Part shown: piece by piece, positions 1 through 15,610 of the stretch
Layout: every line of letters begins with the position of its first letter
Numbering within the stretch: position 1 is the stretch's first letter
Assembly: GCA_951406725.2 (NCBI GenBank)
Contig: OX597824.1
Span: 67,890,001 to 67,954,000 of the forward strand
Reading direction: 5' to 3'
Length of the DNA: 64,000 nt
DNA from: Octopus vulgaris
Taxonomy: Eukaryota
The notes under the pieces: model-generated
What the model was told of the DNA's origin: nothing
Seen by the model: the letters and a program-made list of their open reading frames with translations, nothing else
The model's database searches: none
Position numbers and translations under genes: made by a program

Positions 1-126
1 GGTATTGAGCAGAATATTTGCTGTAGCCCATCTTTTTATACCAAGACAAAACAATGTACATGATAACACTTCCAATCAGTTAAGATCAGAAGGCATGAGA
101 GCCACTGCCTGGTATTGCATCAGGGC

Positions 127-129
<3 letters not shown>

Positions 130-168
<39 letters not shown>

Positions 169-3100
169 CATCATCATCATTCAGTAGTTTTTTTATTTAT
201 AACGTGCTTTCACTTCACTACCGAGCGCAGCTCTGTGTGCCTTGGGTTTGTGCTGTGATTTGTTGTGATACTCTGATGGTTACTGTATGGAAAGTGTTCT
301 GCGTTGGATGTGTGCAGTGCTTAGTAGTGCAATTTTGTGTATGTTATATGTGTTTGTAAGTCCTGGTGTTTTTGTTATGTATTTGTCTGAATATTTTTTC
401 TCATGCCTAATGCACTTACTATGATAGGAATTATTTCTGTTTTTAGATTCCACATTCTACTTACCTCTATTTCGAGGTCTTTGTACTTTGAAAGTTTCTC
501 CATACATCAATTAGAAAGCATTTTTTTCTTCATGATCTCTGACAACTATATCTGGTCTGTTGGCCTTAATTTTTCTATCTGTGTGTATTGGCATATCCCA
601 GAGTATGGTTGCTTTCTCGTTTTCTGTGACCTTTTCTGGTGTGTGCCTATACCATCTTTTTTCTGTTGTTATTCCATTATGTTGGCATAGCTTCCAGTGT
701 ATGTAGGTCCCAACTCTGTCGTGACTGTGAATATATTCCTTCTTAGCAAAGACTGGGCAGCCAGAGAAAATATGATTTATTGTTTCTTATTACTTGTTAT
801 TGTTTCTTGTTACTTGTTATATTTCTTTTCGTTACATGTTTTTGGTAATTTCTGGTGGGGAGGCTTTAGTCTTGTGCTGCAATTAAAAATCTCTCTGTCT
901 CTGCTTTGAGTTCTGAGCATCTCAACCACTGCTGGGATTTTTCTTTGTCTATTTCTTTTGCATTTAGTTTAGTCCAGTACTTGCCATGAAGGGGTTTTCT
1001 TGCCATCGTTTTATCATGGTCCGTTGCTGTTCTAGTTTTAGTTTTGATTTCATTTGCTTTATAGCTTTTGTTGTGTTTCTTCTTCTTCTTCTTCTTCTTC
1101 TTCTTCTTCTTCTTCTTCTTCTTCTTCTTCTTCTTCTTCTTCTTCTTCATATTTGTTAGGTGGTATGATTTCTTGTTTGTATTTGTCAGTTTCGTTAAAC
1201 ACTGAGAACAATTTTTTGTTTTGTCGCTATTTGTATCAGTTTTCCTTGCTTCTGAAGTAGGTATATTTGAAGTCCTATGGTGGTTATTTTATAGTAGTTT
1301 TCCAGCTTTATAAGGCGTCTACCACCTTCTATACGCTGTATATATAGCCTTTCTATGTCAGATTTGGGGTGATGCATCCTAGATCCTGTCATTATTTTTC
1401 TTGTTTTCCTATCTATTTTGGTTAGTTCATTTAGCGTCCAGTTAAGGATATTGTAGCTGTAGCTTATAACTGGGACGGCTAAAGTGTTAATACCTATTAT
1501 CTTGTTTTTAGCATTGAGCTCTATTTTTAGTATTGATCTAACTCGTCTATAGTATTATTTCTTTATTTTCTCTTTCATTTGTGTGTGTTGTGTCTTATCT
1601 AGTTCATGGATTCCTAAATATTTGTGAGTTTGGCTTTGGTCTAATTCTCTTATTTCATTGGCTTTTTCTAGTGTGATGTTGCTACTCTTAACTAGTTTTT
1701 TTCTTTTCAGGATTACTTTGGCGCATTTTTCTAATCCAAATTTCATAACTATTTCTTTGGTGAATCCATGAACTGTCTTTAGTAATGTTTCCAGCTGTTT
1801 GTCATTTGTAGCGTATAGTTTTAGGTCATCCATATATAAAAGGTAGCTGATCGTTTTGCTGTAACATTTATATCCGCATCCAGTTCTATTTAGCATATCA
1901 GATAGAGGTGGCAGTGCCAAGCGGAAAAGGAGTGGAGAGAGCGTGTCTCCCTGGAATATTCATCTTCTAATGGGGATGGCTTTAGTTTTCATGAGTCCCT
2001 CTTTTGTTTGGAGCTGTAGCACTGTTTGCCATTTATTCATAGAGTGTCCTATGAATTTTATAATTGTTGGTGCTACTTTGTTAATGGTTAGTGTTTCTAG
2101 GATCGATGTGTGGGGAATACTATCAAAAGCCTTTCTCTAGTCGATCCAGGCCATACTGAGGCCTTTCTTCTTTCTGTGGCTGTCTTCAGTTATGACTTTA
2201 TTGATCATTAGTTGATCTTTACAGCCATATGAGCCTTTGCGGCATCCTTTCTGCTCTTCTGGAAACAGGTTTTTTTCAACCAGGTGCCTGTTCAATCTTT
2301 GCGATATTACTGCAGTAAATGCTTTGTACATTGTAGTGAGACAGGTTATAGGTAGTTTTCTGGTTTTGCTGTCTCATTTGATTTGGGAATTAAAATGGTT
2401 TTCCCCTTCGTGAGCCACTCGGGCATTGTCTCTGGCTCTGCCAGTATGTTGTTAAAATTTTCAGCCAGATTTTTGTGCATTCTTGTTAGATATTTCAACC
2501 AGAAGTTGGGGATCTTGTCATGCCCAGGTGCCTTCCAGTTGCTTAGTCTTTGCAGTGCCTGGGTGACCTCTTCAGTTGTTATGGGGGTCCAAAGTTGCTC
2601 AGATGCTGAGTTTGTTGTTTTAATACTCCTTTTTTTGGTTGTTCGTTCGCCGACCATATTTCTCTCCAGAATTCTTCCACTTCTTCTGCCGTTGGTGCTG
2701 CAGTGATTTCTATTTTATTTTTGCCAAGTTCTTGGTAGAACATTTTGAGGCTGGAGTTGAACTGTTTGTTTTGTTCAAAGAAACGTTGGCGTTTCTCATA
2801 CCGGCGGATCCTTTGTGCTTTGGCAAGGATATCTTGCTTTAGCTTTTCTTTTATCTCGGGTAAATCTTTTTCTGTCATATTGTATTTGCGGAGTATTTTT
2901 GTTTTCTTTTTGTTGCTCAGTAGCGTTGCTTGTCTACTGATTTCATTAATAATCGCCAGATCTTTTCTCATTTTTTGTATTTTTTTTTTTTTGGTGGGGG
3001 GTGATATTTCTCCACAGGGTTTATTTGGGTGGTGGTACTGCTGTTTGGATGGGTTTGAGGGGGTATCCAGCTTCTTTTGTGGCTGCAGTGGCTGCTGCAT

Positions 3101-3650
3101 ATACTAAGTCAAGGATATCGCTATTTGTTTCAGTAGCTATTAATTCTATGACAGCTAGGTTTATGCTGTTTATAGTTGATGTTTTTTTTATTTTGTCTAT
3201 TTTGATTTTTGGGAAGTATGGTCGGTGGTCCATTTTGAGATCTGTGTTTTTCAGTTCTTTGATTATTCTACTTTTTATAGTATCATAATCATTAGGCTCC
3301 CCTTCGTTGTTTCCAGGTCTTACATTTGTGTCGCTTTCTTTCTCATTCGTATATTTATCTGTCGTGTTTTCGCTTGCTGCTTGTCGTGCATTGTTATGCA
3401 TCCTTACGGTTTGGGTTTGTTGTTTTTTGTTTACATAGTTTTTGTTGGAAATGTTACGTTTGTCTTTGTGTTTGTCTCAGTGTTTATATTATTTGGCATT
3501 GTTGTGTGGCTTCTATCTACATTTTCCTGATGTATTTTTTTCTTTTAAATGTTCTATTTCTATTTCTGATAATTTTTCGCATTGAGAATATATCTTCGTA
3601 CGTTAGCTAGTTTATTAGGTTCATTGCTGTATCCAAGGGTATCCATTGGT
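130..3650 (-). mobile_element. Dong/R4-clade (RLE) non-LTR retrotransposon, degraded, with (TAA)n tail
   Basis: Minus-strand ORF pieces carry RT motifs (KAPGHDKI, EQKGCRKGSYGCKDQL, LLYMDDLKLY) followed by the REL endonuclease region; several frameshifts; 3' UTR ends in a TGA/TAA repeat at 130-181. 5' boundary approximate. Confidence 0.85.
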
Positions 3651-3997
3651 TAATTGTTTCGCTATTTCAGTCATGTTAGCAAAAATAAATTAAGTTTGAA
3701 TATATACATACAATTCTGTCTTCGTGCTGCTACTCTCTCCTTCAAAACTATCCAAACACGCACGTATATAATGGCAATATCCTGCGACCAGTTCGAAAGC
3801 GGAAAGCAGAATCATTTGTTTCTGATCACGGGACATACACGCAAAACAATAAAGTTTTATTCTATCCGATAGTAATTCACTTTTGTTTCAATACTTGTCT
3901 ATATTCACTCTTTGAAAAGAAACATGCACTATTTTCAATAATTTTCACATTTTCTATTTAATTTCCAAATTTTCTTTATTGTTTTCTTTTCTCACAG

Positions 3998-4200
3998 GCA
4001 TATGTTTTTAGCACTTTAAATTTGATTTGTGAATTATACGCAAAAGAAAGACGAATTATTATGTCAAGTACATTTATGTGTATTTGGGCTATTTATACGT
4101 CTTCTCTCGGATTCATAGCCTACATGTTGAAGGATTACAGTTGGAATGCGATCTTCCTGTTTAATGCTGTTATCTCGGGATATTTACTTTTGGATTTCTT
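3998..4200 (+). CDS. SLC22-like transporter copy A, exon 4 (AYVFSTLNLICELYAKERR...LLLDF)
   Basis: Polypyrimidine+CAG acceptor, GTAAGT donor, hydrophobic TM4-6 sequence; phase compatible with the next exon. Confidence 0.85.
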
Positions 4201-4640
4201 GTAAGTACCCTATTTTGTTTTGCATTAAATGCTTGCATCCATACACACATTGACATACGTTCATGCATGCATATATACATTATATACAGCAGTTCATTAT
4301 ATTTTTCAATGCACCAACATATATATATTTCAATTGACATCATCATCATCACTGTCGTTGTTTTTGTCGTCGTTGTCGTCGTCGTCGTCACCATCATCAT
4401 CGTCATCAAAATAATAATAATGATAATGATAGTTCTTTCTGTTATACACAGAATAATTGAAATTTTTGGAGGAAGAGGCTAGTCGATTACACAAACTCCA
4501 GTGCTTAACTGGTATTTGTTTTATCCATTGCGAAAGGATGAAAGGCAATGTCGACCTCAACAGAATTTTAACTCAGATCACAAAGACGGACGAAATGCAG
4601 TAAATAATAATAATTATATTAATATTGCTAAAAATAATAA

Positions 4641-4690
<50 letters not shown>

Positions 4691-4788
4691 GCAACATCAA
4701 CAACAACAAAACAGAAAAACAACGACTACTACTACTACTTCTACTACTATTGATAATAATAATAATAATAAAAATAATGATAATAATG

Positions 4789-4846
<58 letters not shown>

Positions 4847-4848
<2 letters not shown>

Positions 4849-5960
4849 CTTGTTGAAAAACATGAAAGACCTAAAACTTGTTGAAAAACATGAAAGACCC
4901 AAAAAACTTCACTCTATTCTCAAAGAGAGCAAAAAATTCGCTGCTGATCTCTTAGATACCCACCAGATTGAGCAGGCTGAAGGAAATGCGCCAACTGCAG
5001 CTGCAAAGAAAATAAAATTAATTGCAAAGACAAAAGCACATGAAAATTTAGCTAGCAGATGGGAAGAGAAACCTTTCCATGGCAAGTATGTGACCCGTAG
5101 CAAACAAGCTGATGTCGACCAGAAACACGTTCAGGGCTAAAAGTAGAGAGTGAAGGTTTCATATTAGCTGCTCAAGACCAACGCTTATTTACCCGGAACT
5201 ACCAAGCCAATATGATGAAAATTTGAGCTGACCCAAAATGCCGATTCTGTAACGATGAGATTGAAACAATAGACCACCTAATCTCAGGGTGTAGAGTCTT
5301 AGCACCTGCAGAATATAAAGCAAGACATGACAGAGTCGGCCAGTATTTACACTGGACATTATAAAATCAAAACCGCTGACAAATGGTATAAACATCATCC
5401 TGAAGCTGTGACTAAGGAAGAAAATGTGTCGATTCTATGGGACTTCCCCGTGCAGACCGACAGGACTATAAAAGCCAATAAACCGGATATCATTATGAAA
5501 GATCAGACAAAAAGGATGTGTTTATTAATTGACATGAGTATTCTCTGTGATCACAATATAGCGGCGAAAGAATTTGACAAGATTAGTAAATATAAAGACC
5601 TGCTAATGGAAATTGAAAAAAATGTGGCATCTCAAGACGACTACAGTACCAGTGATTGTAAGATCTCTAGGAATGATAAAAGAAGGTACTGAAACCTATT
5701 TGAAAGTGATTCCAAGCTTACCATCCCTACAGGAAGTGCAAAAAATCGTATTAACTGGAACGGCTCATGTACTGAGAAGAGCATTATCGTTGTGAAAATA
5801 ACATCCATGAATTTATTTATTTATTAATTTTTAAATACATATTTTATCTGTGAATTTGCGCGTGTAATCTGGGAATGCATACAATGCCCTTCTCTGCCCT
5901 AGGTGTATGGAAAACACTCGGCGAGAAACGGAAGAAAATTTGAAGAAAGAAGGAAAAAAC
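4847..5960 (+). mobile_element. 5'-truncated Dong/R4 LINE 3' end (CCHC knuckle + REL endonuclease)
   Basis: KPFHGKY, CRFC..E.ETIDHLISGC, ILWDFPVQTDRTIKANKPDII, VQKIVLTGTAHVLRRAL; flanked by (TAA)n. Confidence 0.85.
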
Positions 5961-7430
<1,470 letters not shown>

Positions 7431-8099
7431 CCCCGCGCTGAATAACAACATGGACGTGCTACACCGGACTCCCCATTCAAAAGCAAATCTAATCCAATAA
7501 CATCGATAGAATTAGATAAAGGAACCTGTATAAGACTTGAAGGAAGCGGTCTTTTAACGAAAATAATAAAGAAAAACGAAATTTTACTGCGTACAAAGCA
7601 CAGTTTTTCTTATACACGATGTTTGAGTGAAACATGTGCGAAACACACACATGACGTCAACAATGGAAAGTTTACAAATTATAAAATAGATATGGAACAA
7701 ATCTGTAAGTACATAAATTGAGTAATTTCGCATACACTCGAACGTCTATATAATCATATATACATTCTGATACCCATAGGACTACACATACATCTCAATG
7801 TTTACACAACTATGTGAAATTTACAGGACACACATTCACTCATATGAAATCACGTGTCACAAACGAAGCAAAAACTAAAAACAAAACTCTTTCCTTTATT
7901 TATTTATTTAAATTTTTTTCCAACTAACACAGACAGAGCGAACCATTCACAAGTTTAAAAAACTATGCTGGAAGATAAAACTATCAACAAAAAAAAACCA
8001 AAAAAAACCCCAGACAAATACAGATCTGTTAGTCTTAAGAAGCTACGGTACGAGCAATGTTTACATGCAGAGAATTCGGTGACGGTGTTGTCTGAAAAT

Positions 8100-9935
8100 A
8101 ATTGACCCTAACAGACAAATCTGTCACCTAATGTGAATGTCGAAGCTCGTCATGCTTTAATGATAAGAAAGCAAATTACAAACCAGATTAATCGTCGATG
8201 CAATTTTTTTTAAGGAATATAGGGAAGATACGATTTACAGTAAAGCCAGTCCCATCAAAAGAAGAAGGGTAGGAATTTTGGAATAAAATTTGGGCAGAAG
8301 AAAAACCACACAATAAGAAGGCCCCTTGGATTGATAGAGTATCTATAGACTTAGACTCCTTAGAGGAGCAAAAGAGGAAGGGTGTCAAGGTAGAAGATAT
8401 AAAATCTGCTCTCAGGAGGTCAAGCAAATGGAAGTCTCCAGGAAAGGATAAAATTCCTAACTTTTGATTGAATGCCTTCCCAGAGAGCCAAGAACTACTA
8501 ACAAACCTTTACCACGATGTTTTTCAACATCCTATTATGATCTCCTCTTGGCTAGTTAATGGTTTAGCATTCCTACGTTCAAAAAATAAAACAAATGAAC
8601 CAAAAAATTATCCACTCATAACCTACTTAACAACAATGTATAAAACGCTAACACTTGTCCATATAGATTTTTAATAGAAAGTAGGATATTGGATTTAAAC
8701 GTTGATCTTATGGTTGTAAAGATCAGCTACTCATCAATAAGATGATCTTAGAAGATTGTCGCAAACGACACAAAAACTTGTCAATAGCCTGTGTAGACTA
8801 TAAAAAAGCTTTTGATAGCCTACCACATAGCTGGATTAAGAAATGTTTGGAAATGTATAAAATAGCTCCTACTCTGCGAAACTTTTTGTTTGTAAGTATG
8901 AGATCGTGGAGAACCACACTGACTTTGAACAGTGACAATGAATCTCTAAAGCTGGAGATGTAAGAATTTCATGTGACATTTTCCAGGGTGATTCACTATC
9001 AGTACTCCTCTTTTGTCTAGCGTTAATACCACTCTCAAAATTGCTCAATGATACACAGTACGGTTATAAAATGTTTGATAAAAAGAATGGACTGTTTAAA
9101 GCTCCTTGCAAAAAATTACCAACAACTCAAGGGGTTACTAGCGATTGTTAAATAATTCAGTGATGACATCAGGATGCAATTTGGCTTCGATAAGTCTGTA
9201 AGAGCTACCTTTATCAAGGGAAAATTGGCAGAAACATCTAACGTTAACCTTGACCAGCAGAATATCATAAAAGAGTTTGAACCAGCGGAGAGCTACAAAT
9301 AACTAGGGGTAATTGAAGGTGACGGAATCAAATATGCAGTGATGAGGGAAAGATTCAGAAGAGAAAGTTATCGCAGAGCTGAATGTAAAAAACAAGATCG
9401 AAGCAATCAATGCTTTTGCCATACCAGTCGTGACTTACAGTTTCAATATCATCAACTGGTCAATTACTGAAATATGTAATCGTGACAGAAAAATACGAAA
9501 ACTGTTGACAATGCATAGAATTCACCAGCCTAAAGCAGATATAGAACGGCTTTATCTGCCAGGAAAAGAGGGATGCCATGGACTTTTACAACTGGAATTA
9601 ACAATGAAGATTGTCACAATTGGCCTACATATCTACCTGAAAAGCTCTGCGGACTGGATGTTAAAACTTGTTTGAAAACATAAAAAGAAGAAAGCATCAT
9701 GCTCAGTAACAAAACAGGCAAAGGAATAGCTAAGTGAATTCCGATTACAACAAACTCCAGAATTAGACATACTAGAAACAAACGCAGAAAAAGCTAATCG
9801 CATGAAAACCCGTGCTAAAACTGCTGCCTTAGATATTCTGACTGATAAATGGCAAGAAAAACCTCTCAATGGCAAATACCCAAATAAAGCGAATAATGCC
9901 GATGTTGACAAAGCCCTTACCCATCGATTGCATGG
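8100..9935 (+). mobile_element. Degenerate Dong/R4 LINE RT fragment
   Basis: WKSPGKDKIPNF, GCKDQLLINK, VDYKKAFDSLPHSWI, FQGDSLS, HQPKADIERLYLP; many stops and frameshifts. Confidence 0.85.
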
Positions 9936-10282
9936 TGCCCCGAAACAATTAGGTGGTGGTATTGATTTATTATGACCCGGGCCGATCATGGCCGAAACCA
10001 ATCTAAGTTAACTAATTCATCTAAGTTACATTATGAATGCACGAGAAATCCTCAATAAAATTTTCTCATTACTATTACTAAAAAATCTGGAATAATTCAC
10101 TTTAGCAAACGAGCACGCGCATACACTCACATACACATACGAGCGCGCGCATACACGCACATACACACACATTTAATAAACTTCCCAAACAAATATTCTA
10201 CAGCTGTATAACGTGACAACTGACAAAAAAGAAAAACAATGACCAAATGAACTATCATCAGTGTAAGCCATTCTAGGAAAAG

Positions 10283-10575
10283 ACCACTAAGGGTGGATGC
10301 TACTGTAGCTTGTAGACCCAGGAGAACATCTTCTCCGGCTGGCTATTGACACACTTTCTGTGCCCTATCAGTATTTGCAAAGGGAAGCCATCCTTCCCAT
10401 CGACGACCTGACGTGATACGCTCGGCCCCGGGTTTCTGTGTATTTACCCGTAATCAGTGCACGACAATCACCGGTCTTCGATGCGAATACATATATCCTT
10501 TTTTCAGTCAATGGCCAGCTGGAGATGTTCTCCTGGTGCTACAAGCTACAGTAGCATGCACCCTTAGTGGTTAGC
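10283..10575. mobile_element. MITE-like element with ~65-bp terminal inverted repeats; second partial copy at ~19960-20170
   Basis: ccactaagggtggatgctactgtagcttg... is reverse-complementary to ...caagctacagtagcatgcacccttagtgg. Confidence 0.65.
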
Positions 10576-10597
10576 CACATTCAGATGGCGAATATAC

Positions 10598-10672
<75 letters not shown>

Positions 10673-10806
10673 ACTTCCTTGGAGAAAAGTAAAGAAACGA
10701 AACGACGCGAGGGCGCTCAGTCATACAATAATTTAATAAATAAAATATATGCATACATACATACATATATGGACGTACCTACATCTATATGTATATATAC
10801 ATGCAT

Positions 10807-10869
<63 letters not shown>

Positions 10870-10875
<6 letters not shown>

Positions 10876-11662
10876 TAATCCAAACAAGAAAACACAGAAA
10901 AAAAAAACACAGCAACGCGAGGACGTGGAACAATTAAAGTATTATTTGACGCTCAGGAAAGAAGGGAAGGAGGGTTTAACGTTTCGAGCGGAGCTCTTCG
11001 TCGGAAACAAGGAGAAGGAAAGATCCCGAGAAGGGAAGACAGGAAAAAAATATTTTTGGTGGTGGTGCTCAAGGGCACCACAAATAGACGTAGAACTCAA
11101 CGAGAAGCGAAAACATAAAAACATAGAAACGGACTTTTTTTAACAACGAAAAAACAGAGCACAAGACAAACAACACAAGGAACATTCCCCTTCATCAGCT
11201 GTCCCCGGTTCGACTCCAAGCGTGTTTCGAAGGTAAGGACAGAACACGACCCGTCGGACCGTTACTTTCTTCAAAGGAATTAAATAAAATTCCTTTGCAG
11301 AGGGGTAAAACCAAGGAAAAAAAAATATGACAAGAACAGGACGTAAAAGTAATACAAATAAAAATAAAAATAAAAATAAAAATACAGAATAAACATACAA
11401 ATACAAAAAATACAGTACACATAAAGAATAAAAACAGGACAAAGAAACCAATATTGAGGGCCTAGGCTTAAAAATAAGCCCTCACCTGTCCTTACCTTCG
11501 AAAGACGCATGCAGTCGAACCGGGGACAGCTGATGAAGGGGAATGTTCCTGGTGTTGTTTGTCTTGTGCTTTGTTTTTTCGTTGTTAAAAAAAGGCCGTT
11601 TCCATGTTTTTATGTTTTCGTTTCTCGTTGAGTTCTACGTCTATTTATGGTGTCCTGTACTC

Positions 11663-11665
<3 letters not shown>
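10870..11665. mobile_element. (TA)n-flanked repeat fragments, probably Penelope-like termini, with a ~180-bp inverted repeat (11065-11250 vs 11485-11660)
   Basis: Inverted homology read directly; contains a degenerate minimal hammerhead at 10974-11008 (-); related to 21905-22115. Confidence 0.55.
10974..11008 (-). ncRNA. Degenerate minimal type I hammerhead ribozyme motif
   Basis: GUUU-CCGACGA-A-GAGC(UCC)GCUC-GAAA-CGU-U-AAAC; U4->C substitution in the core. Confidence 0.5.
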
Positions 11666-11717
<52 letters not shown>

Positions 11718-11834
11718 TGTATATATAGATGTAGATGTAGGTACGTACATATATGTATACATGTATGCATATATTTTATTTATTAAATTATATATATACA
11801 TACATACATACATACATATATACATATGTATATG

Positions 11835-11899
<65 letters not shown>

Positions 11900-12146
11900 A
11901 TATAGATTCAAAATGACAAACAGCTCGAAATGTTTTCAACTGGCTCAAATATAGATAAGAGACATACATTGGCGGTAAAATAATCATTCCTGTAAAGCGA
12001 GATGAAAGCGATAAATAAATAATTATGCAACATTTTGATTATCTCCTTTTTCTTAATATATAAAATCTGTAAAGGATTTACGTGTGTGTAAATAAAACAA
12101 AAAATATATATGCATGCTTACAATTACTCGACTATCTACGTAATTT

Positions 12147-12430
12147 GTGGAGGCACAATGGCCGGTCGGATGATCGCGGTTTTGATTCCCAGACCGGGCG
12201 TTGTGTGTGTTTATTGGGTGAAAACACCTAAATACCTCCACGAGGCTCCGGCAGGGGGTTTGGCGACCCCTGTTGTACTCTTTCGCCGCAACTTTCTCTC
12301 ACTCTCTTTTCGTGTTTCTTGAGTAACGCTGCGATGGACTGGCGTCCTGTCCAGCTAGTGGGGAACACATACGCCACAGAAACCGGGAAACCGGGCCCAT
12401 GAGGCTGGCTAGGATTGAAAAGGGCGACGT
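12147..12430 (+). mobile_element. tRNA-derived SINE
   Basis: Homologous to 13108-13400; B-box-like ggttttgattccc. Confidence 0.65.
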
Positions 12431-12495
12431 TTATCGTTTTATCTATGTAATTTATAATGCCTGCTTACTACAAAATTATTTTTCCATGCTTGCAG

Positions 12496-12816
12496 TTTCC
12501 TGGAGGAATCTCTCCGGTGGTTATTTGCTAATTCGAAAATAAAGGAAGCCAAGAAAATTATCAAAAGAGCTGCGAAACAAAACAAAGTTGATTTTAATAA
12601 TGTCTGGAGTATTACATTAAAAGACGTTTCAAAAGAGACTGTTAATCCTGCAAATGAAACCAGTTCTGGATGCCGAAGTAGCGACTCCACAGCCCCGATT
12701 GACATCACAACAGTACAACCGGACAATGAAAAAGAAATCTCAATGCTTACGCATTTACGCGATTTCTTTAAATCATCCTATCTGAGAAAAGTTACCGTAG
12801 TTATTTCTATAGAAAT
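12496..12816 (+). CDS. SLC22-like copy A, exon 5 (FLEESLRWLFANSKIKEAKKIIKRAAKQN...)
   Basis: Variant of the SLC22 ESPRWL motif plus central loop; TGCAG acceptor, GTAAGT donor; open frame in phase with exon 4. Confidence 0.9.
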
Positions 12817-13107
12817 GTAAGTTTCACCGATTTATTGTTGATATTATTTTTAGAGTTACCATAAGCCTATCGGAAGAATGATGAAGAGCGATACTTTTGT
12901 TTAGATTGTGTTCCAATATTTTATTAGACCCAATATTTTATAATTTGCAAGATCAGAAGACGTGGGTATCACATCATTCCAAAGGCATTGGTGATGTAGA
13001 TGAGCAGAAACTAATTAAATTGGAAATATTTGTTCCATAAAACGCGTATTGCTGCTGTATATTGGCAGTCTAAATAATTTTATCTCTCTAAATTCTAGTA
13101 AATGTTG

Positions 13108-13400
13108 AGGCGTATTGGCCCAATGGTTAGGGCAGCGAACTCGCGGTCAGAGGATCGCGGTTTTGATTCTCAGACCTGCCGTTGTGTGTGTTTATTGAGC
13201 TAAAACACCTAAAAGCTCCACGAGGCTCTGGCAGGGGACAGTGGCGACCCCTGTTGTACTCTTTCGCCACAACTTTCTCTCACTCTCTCTTCCTGTTTCT
13301 TGAGTAACGCTGCGATGGACTGGCGTCGCGTCCAGCTGTGGGGAACGCATACATCACAGAAACTTGGGCTCATGAGCCTGGCTATGCTTGAAAGGGGCGA
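13108..13400 (+). mobile_element. tRNA-derived SINE
   Basis: tRNA-like head with A box (tggcccaatgg) and B-box-like motif; same family as 12147-12430. Confidence 0.7.
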
Positions 13401-13757
13401 AGAAAAAATTCTATTAAATAACAAACGTATTTTCATTGAGCAGATCTCAGTCAAGTCTTCCATCACAAATTCTTGTTTTAACTTTGGAAATGTTAGATTA
13501 CGGTGGAAACATTTAATTGAATTAACATTCCCTAAGATGCTAAATATATATTACATGTGTTCGTCTGTGGCCGAGTCTCTTTGAGTGTAGCGGTATATCT
13601 GAATGCATTGTGTGTGTTTATGCGTATGAGAATATGATCTTCCTTATGTATCAAAGCTGCTGGCATTGAACGCGGTGAACATGAGTTTTCTTACGTTGTT
13701 CGATGTTTTCTGATATTTGTAGTGTAACTTAATTTAGTTTGTTTTTGATTTTAACAG

Positions 13758-13882
13758 GGCTGTAAATGCAGCAGCATGGAACAGTATGACACAAATGCTG
13801 GAAGTTCTATATATCTCAATTTCTTTCTGATGTCTATAGTTGAAACCGTTTCACTCGGAGTTTACTCTGCAATAGCTAAAAG
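13758..13882 (+). pseudogene. SLC22-like copy A, exon 6, frameshifted (AVNAAAWNSMTQMLEV / IYLNFFLMSIVETVSLGVYSAIAKR)
   Basis: 125 nt between phase-2 boundaries (not a multiple of 3); the conserved IYLNFFL..VE motif is in a different frame from the exon start, which reaches TGA. Confidence 0.8.
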
Positions 13883-15549
13883 GTGAACCATTCTAACAAT
13901 ATTGTGTGAATGAATTGAAGAGGTAGAGAGACAGAAGCAAAAATATACTCAACCAAATGCCAGTCAGTAGTTTACTTACTTAGGTTTATTTCTGAAGTTT
14001 AAATCCCGGTGGATTAAAATTTGCTTTACATCAGTCATGATTCGATGGAATTAGTAGGTTGGTAGAATTTCTTTGCAATTAAGAATTATCATTTCATAAT
14101 TGGTGATGGTGGGTACTGTGTCCGAAGAACACGAGGAAGAGTGGCAGGCACCCAAGTGGCTATGTAAACCAATGATTGACGCTGTGGAGCTTTTGTTCCT
14201 GCTTGCCTTATGTTCAGTCTGCTTGCCCTATGTTCATAAAGCGAAGTTCAGTCTGTCCACTCTGATCCCACTCTTTAGATCTGGAGGTCTTACTACTGTG
14301 ACATAGCGGATTAAGAGATCTGAAGTGACAGATGAAGGTTTTTATATTGGAGTGGCCTTCTAGGTGAGTAGCTTTACAGGACTAGATTTGCTTGTCGGGT
14401 GTCAAAGAACTGAACTGAACTGAAGGACTGTATTCCTTGATTTTCTGTCAAGTTTGACTACACCAGCTTTTTTCCTTTCTCACGGCACTCACAGGGGAAT
14501 GGGAGTTTGTGCTTGGAGTTTCTTCCCATGCTAATTAATTCATAGCTGGGACCCTGACAAATGTAACCTTGACAGCTGGGACCCTGACAGGTAGTTCCAT
14601 ACTCCTCCAAACGCAGGAACTCTCGATCCATGGCCCCATATTGGATGCAGTTTAAAGTCATTCAATTTATAGACTTACAATTGATTTGTTCTGAGACCAT
14701 CTGTGTGAAACTAAAACAATTATAGAGTAGTGAACACATATAACCAATTCGCAAGCACAAAACTGTTAAATTATTCGACTTTATCCCAGACAGTTTCATT
14801 ACAACTCTATCAGTGATCAAGTCGCAGAGAGTGCGAATAAATTTTGTTTCCGAATAATAAATAAGTGAAACCAAAATTTTTTTGTTGAGCTCCTAAATCG
14901 TTTATATGTGTCTTCCACGCTGTTATTACTTATGGGCCTGTAGTTTATGCAATACATTCCCTTATCTGAGTTTGTCATGACCCGATGTTGATTCAGCCAA
15001 TTAACACCAACTGCATCGTTATCATACTAACGAAAAGGTATATTTGTTGACTATTCAATAGAAACAAATATTTAGTGTACCTATATTTGAATATACAGAG
15101 ACATGCATGCACAGAAAAAAATAATTTTCATAAACGAAAAATTTCCTTGCTATTCTATGGAAGAAATATGAGTTTTGAACATTCATTTTTATTAAATATA
15201 CTTTTTTTTGTTATAGATTAAAAGTTTTAAATAAATAATTCTAGCAATGATAGGAGCACTCTTCGAAGAATATGAAACAGAATGTGGATACATTCTTTGC
15301 TTAGATCCTCAATTTGTGAAGAGTTCTCTAAGATAAAGTAGCAAACGTATCTTTGTAAATATCTCTATAAACACAAGAGTGAGAGGAGCCACTTGATGAA
15401 GTAAAGATGGTAACAATGATGCAAAACATTACCAGGAATTATGTGTTTAAGCATTTCAACACAGCCAAGACTTTATTATAAGGTACAAACTCATATAGGA
15501 AATATGAAATACATATAAAATACATGAAATGAATTGGACATTTTATATA

Positions 15550-15610
<61 letters not shown>

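Noticed and set aside
866-1150. Poly-Lys N-terminal ORF (also 60140-60793)
   Set aside because: A (GAA)n microsatellite inside a dead LINE ORF, not a real protein start.
11180-11560. CTGATGA and CGAAA motifs in the 11.1-11.6 kb inverted repeat as a hammerhead
   Set aside because: Could not build a consistent stem I/III topology; at best a heavily decayed motif.
12147-13400. Two SINEs flanking exon 5 as a back-splicing signal
   Set aside because: They are in direct, not inverted, orientation.
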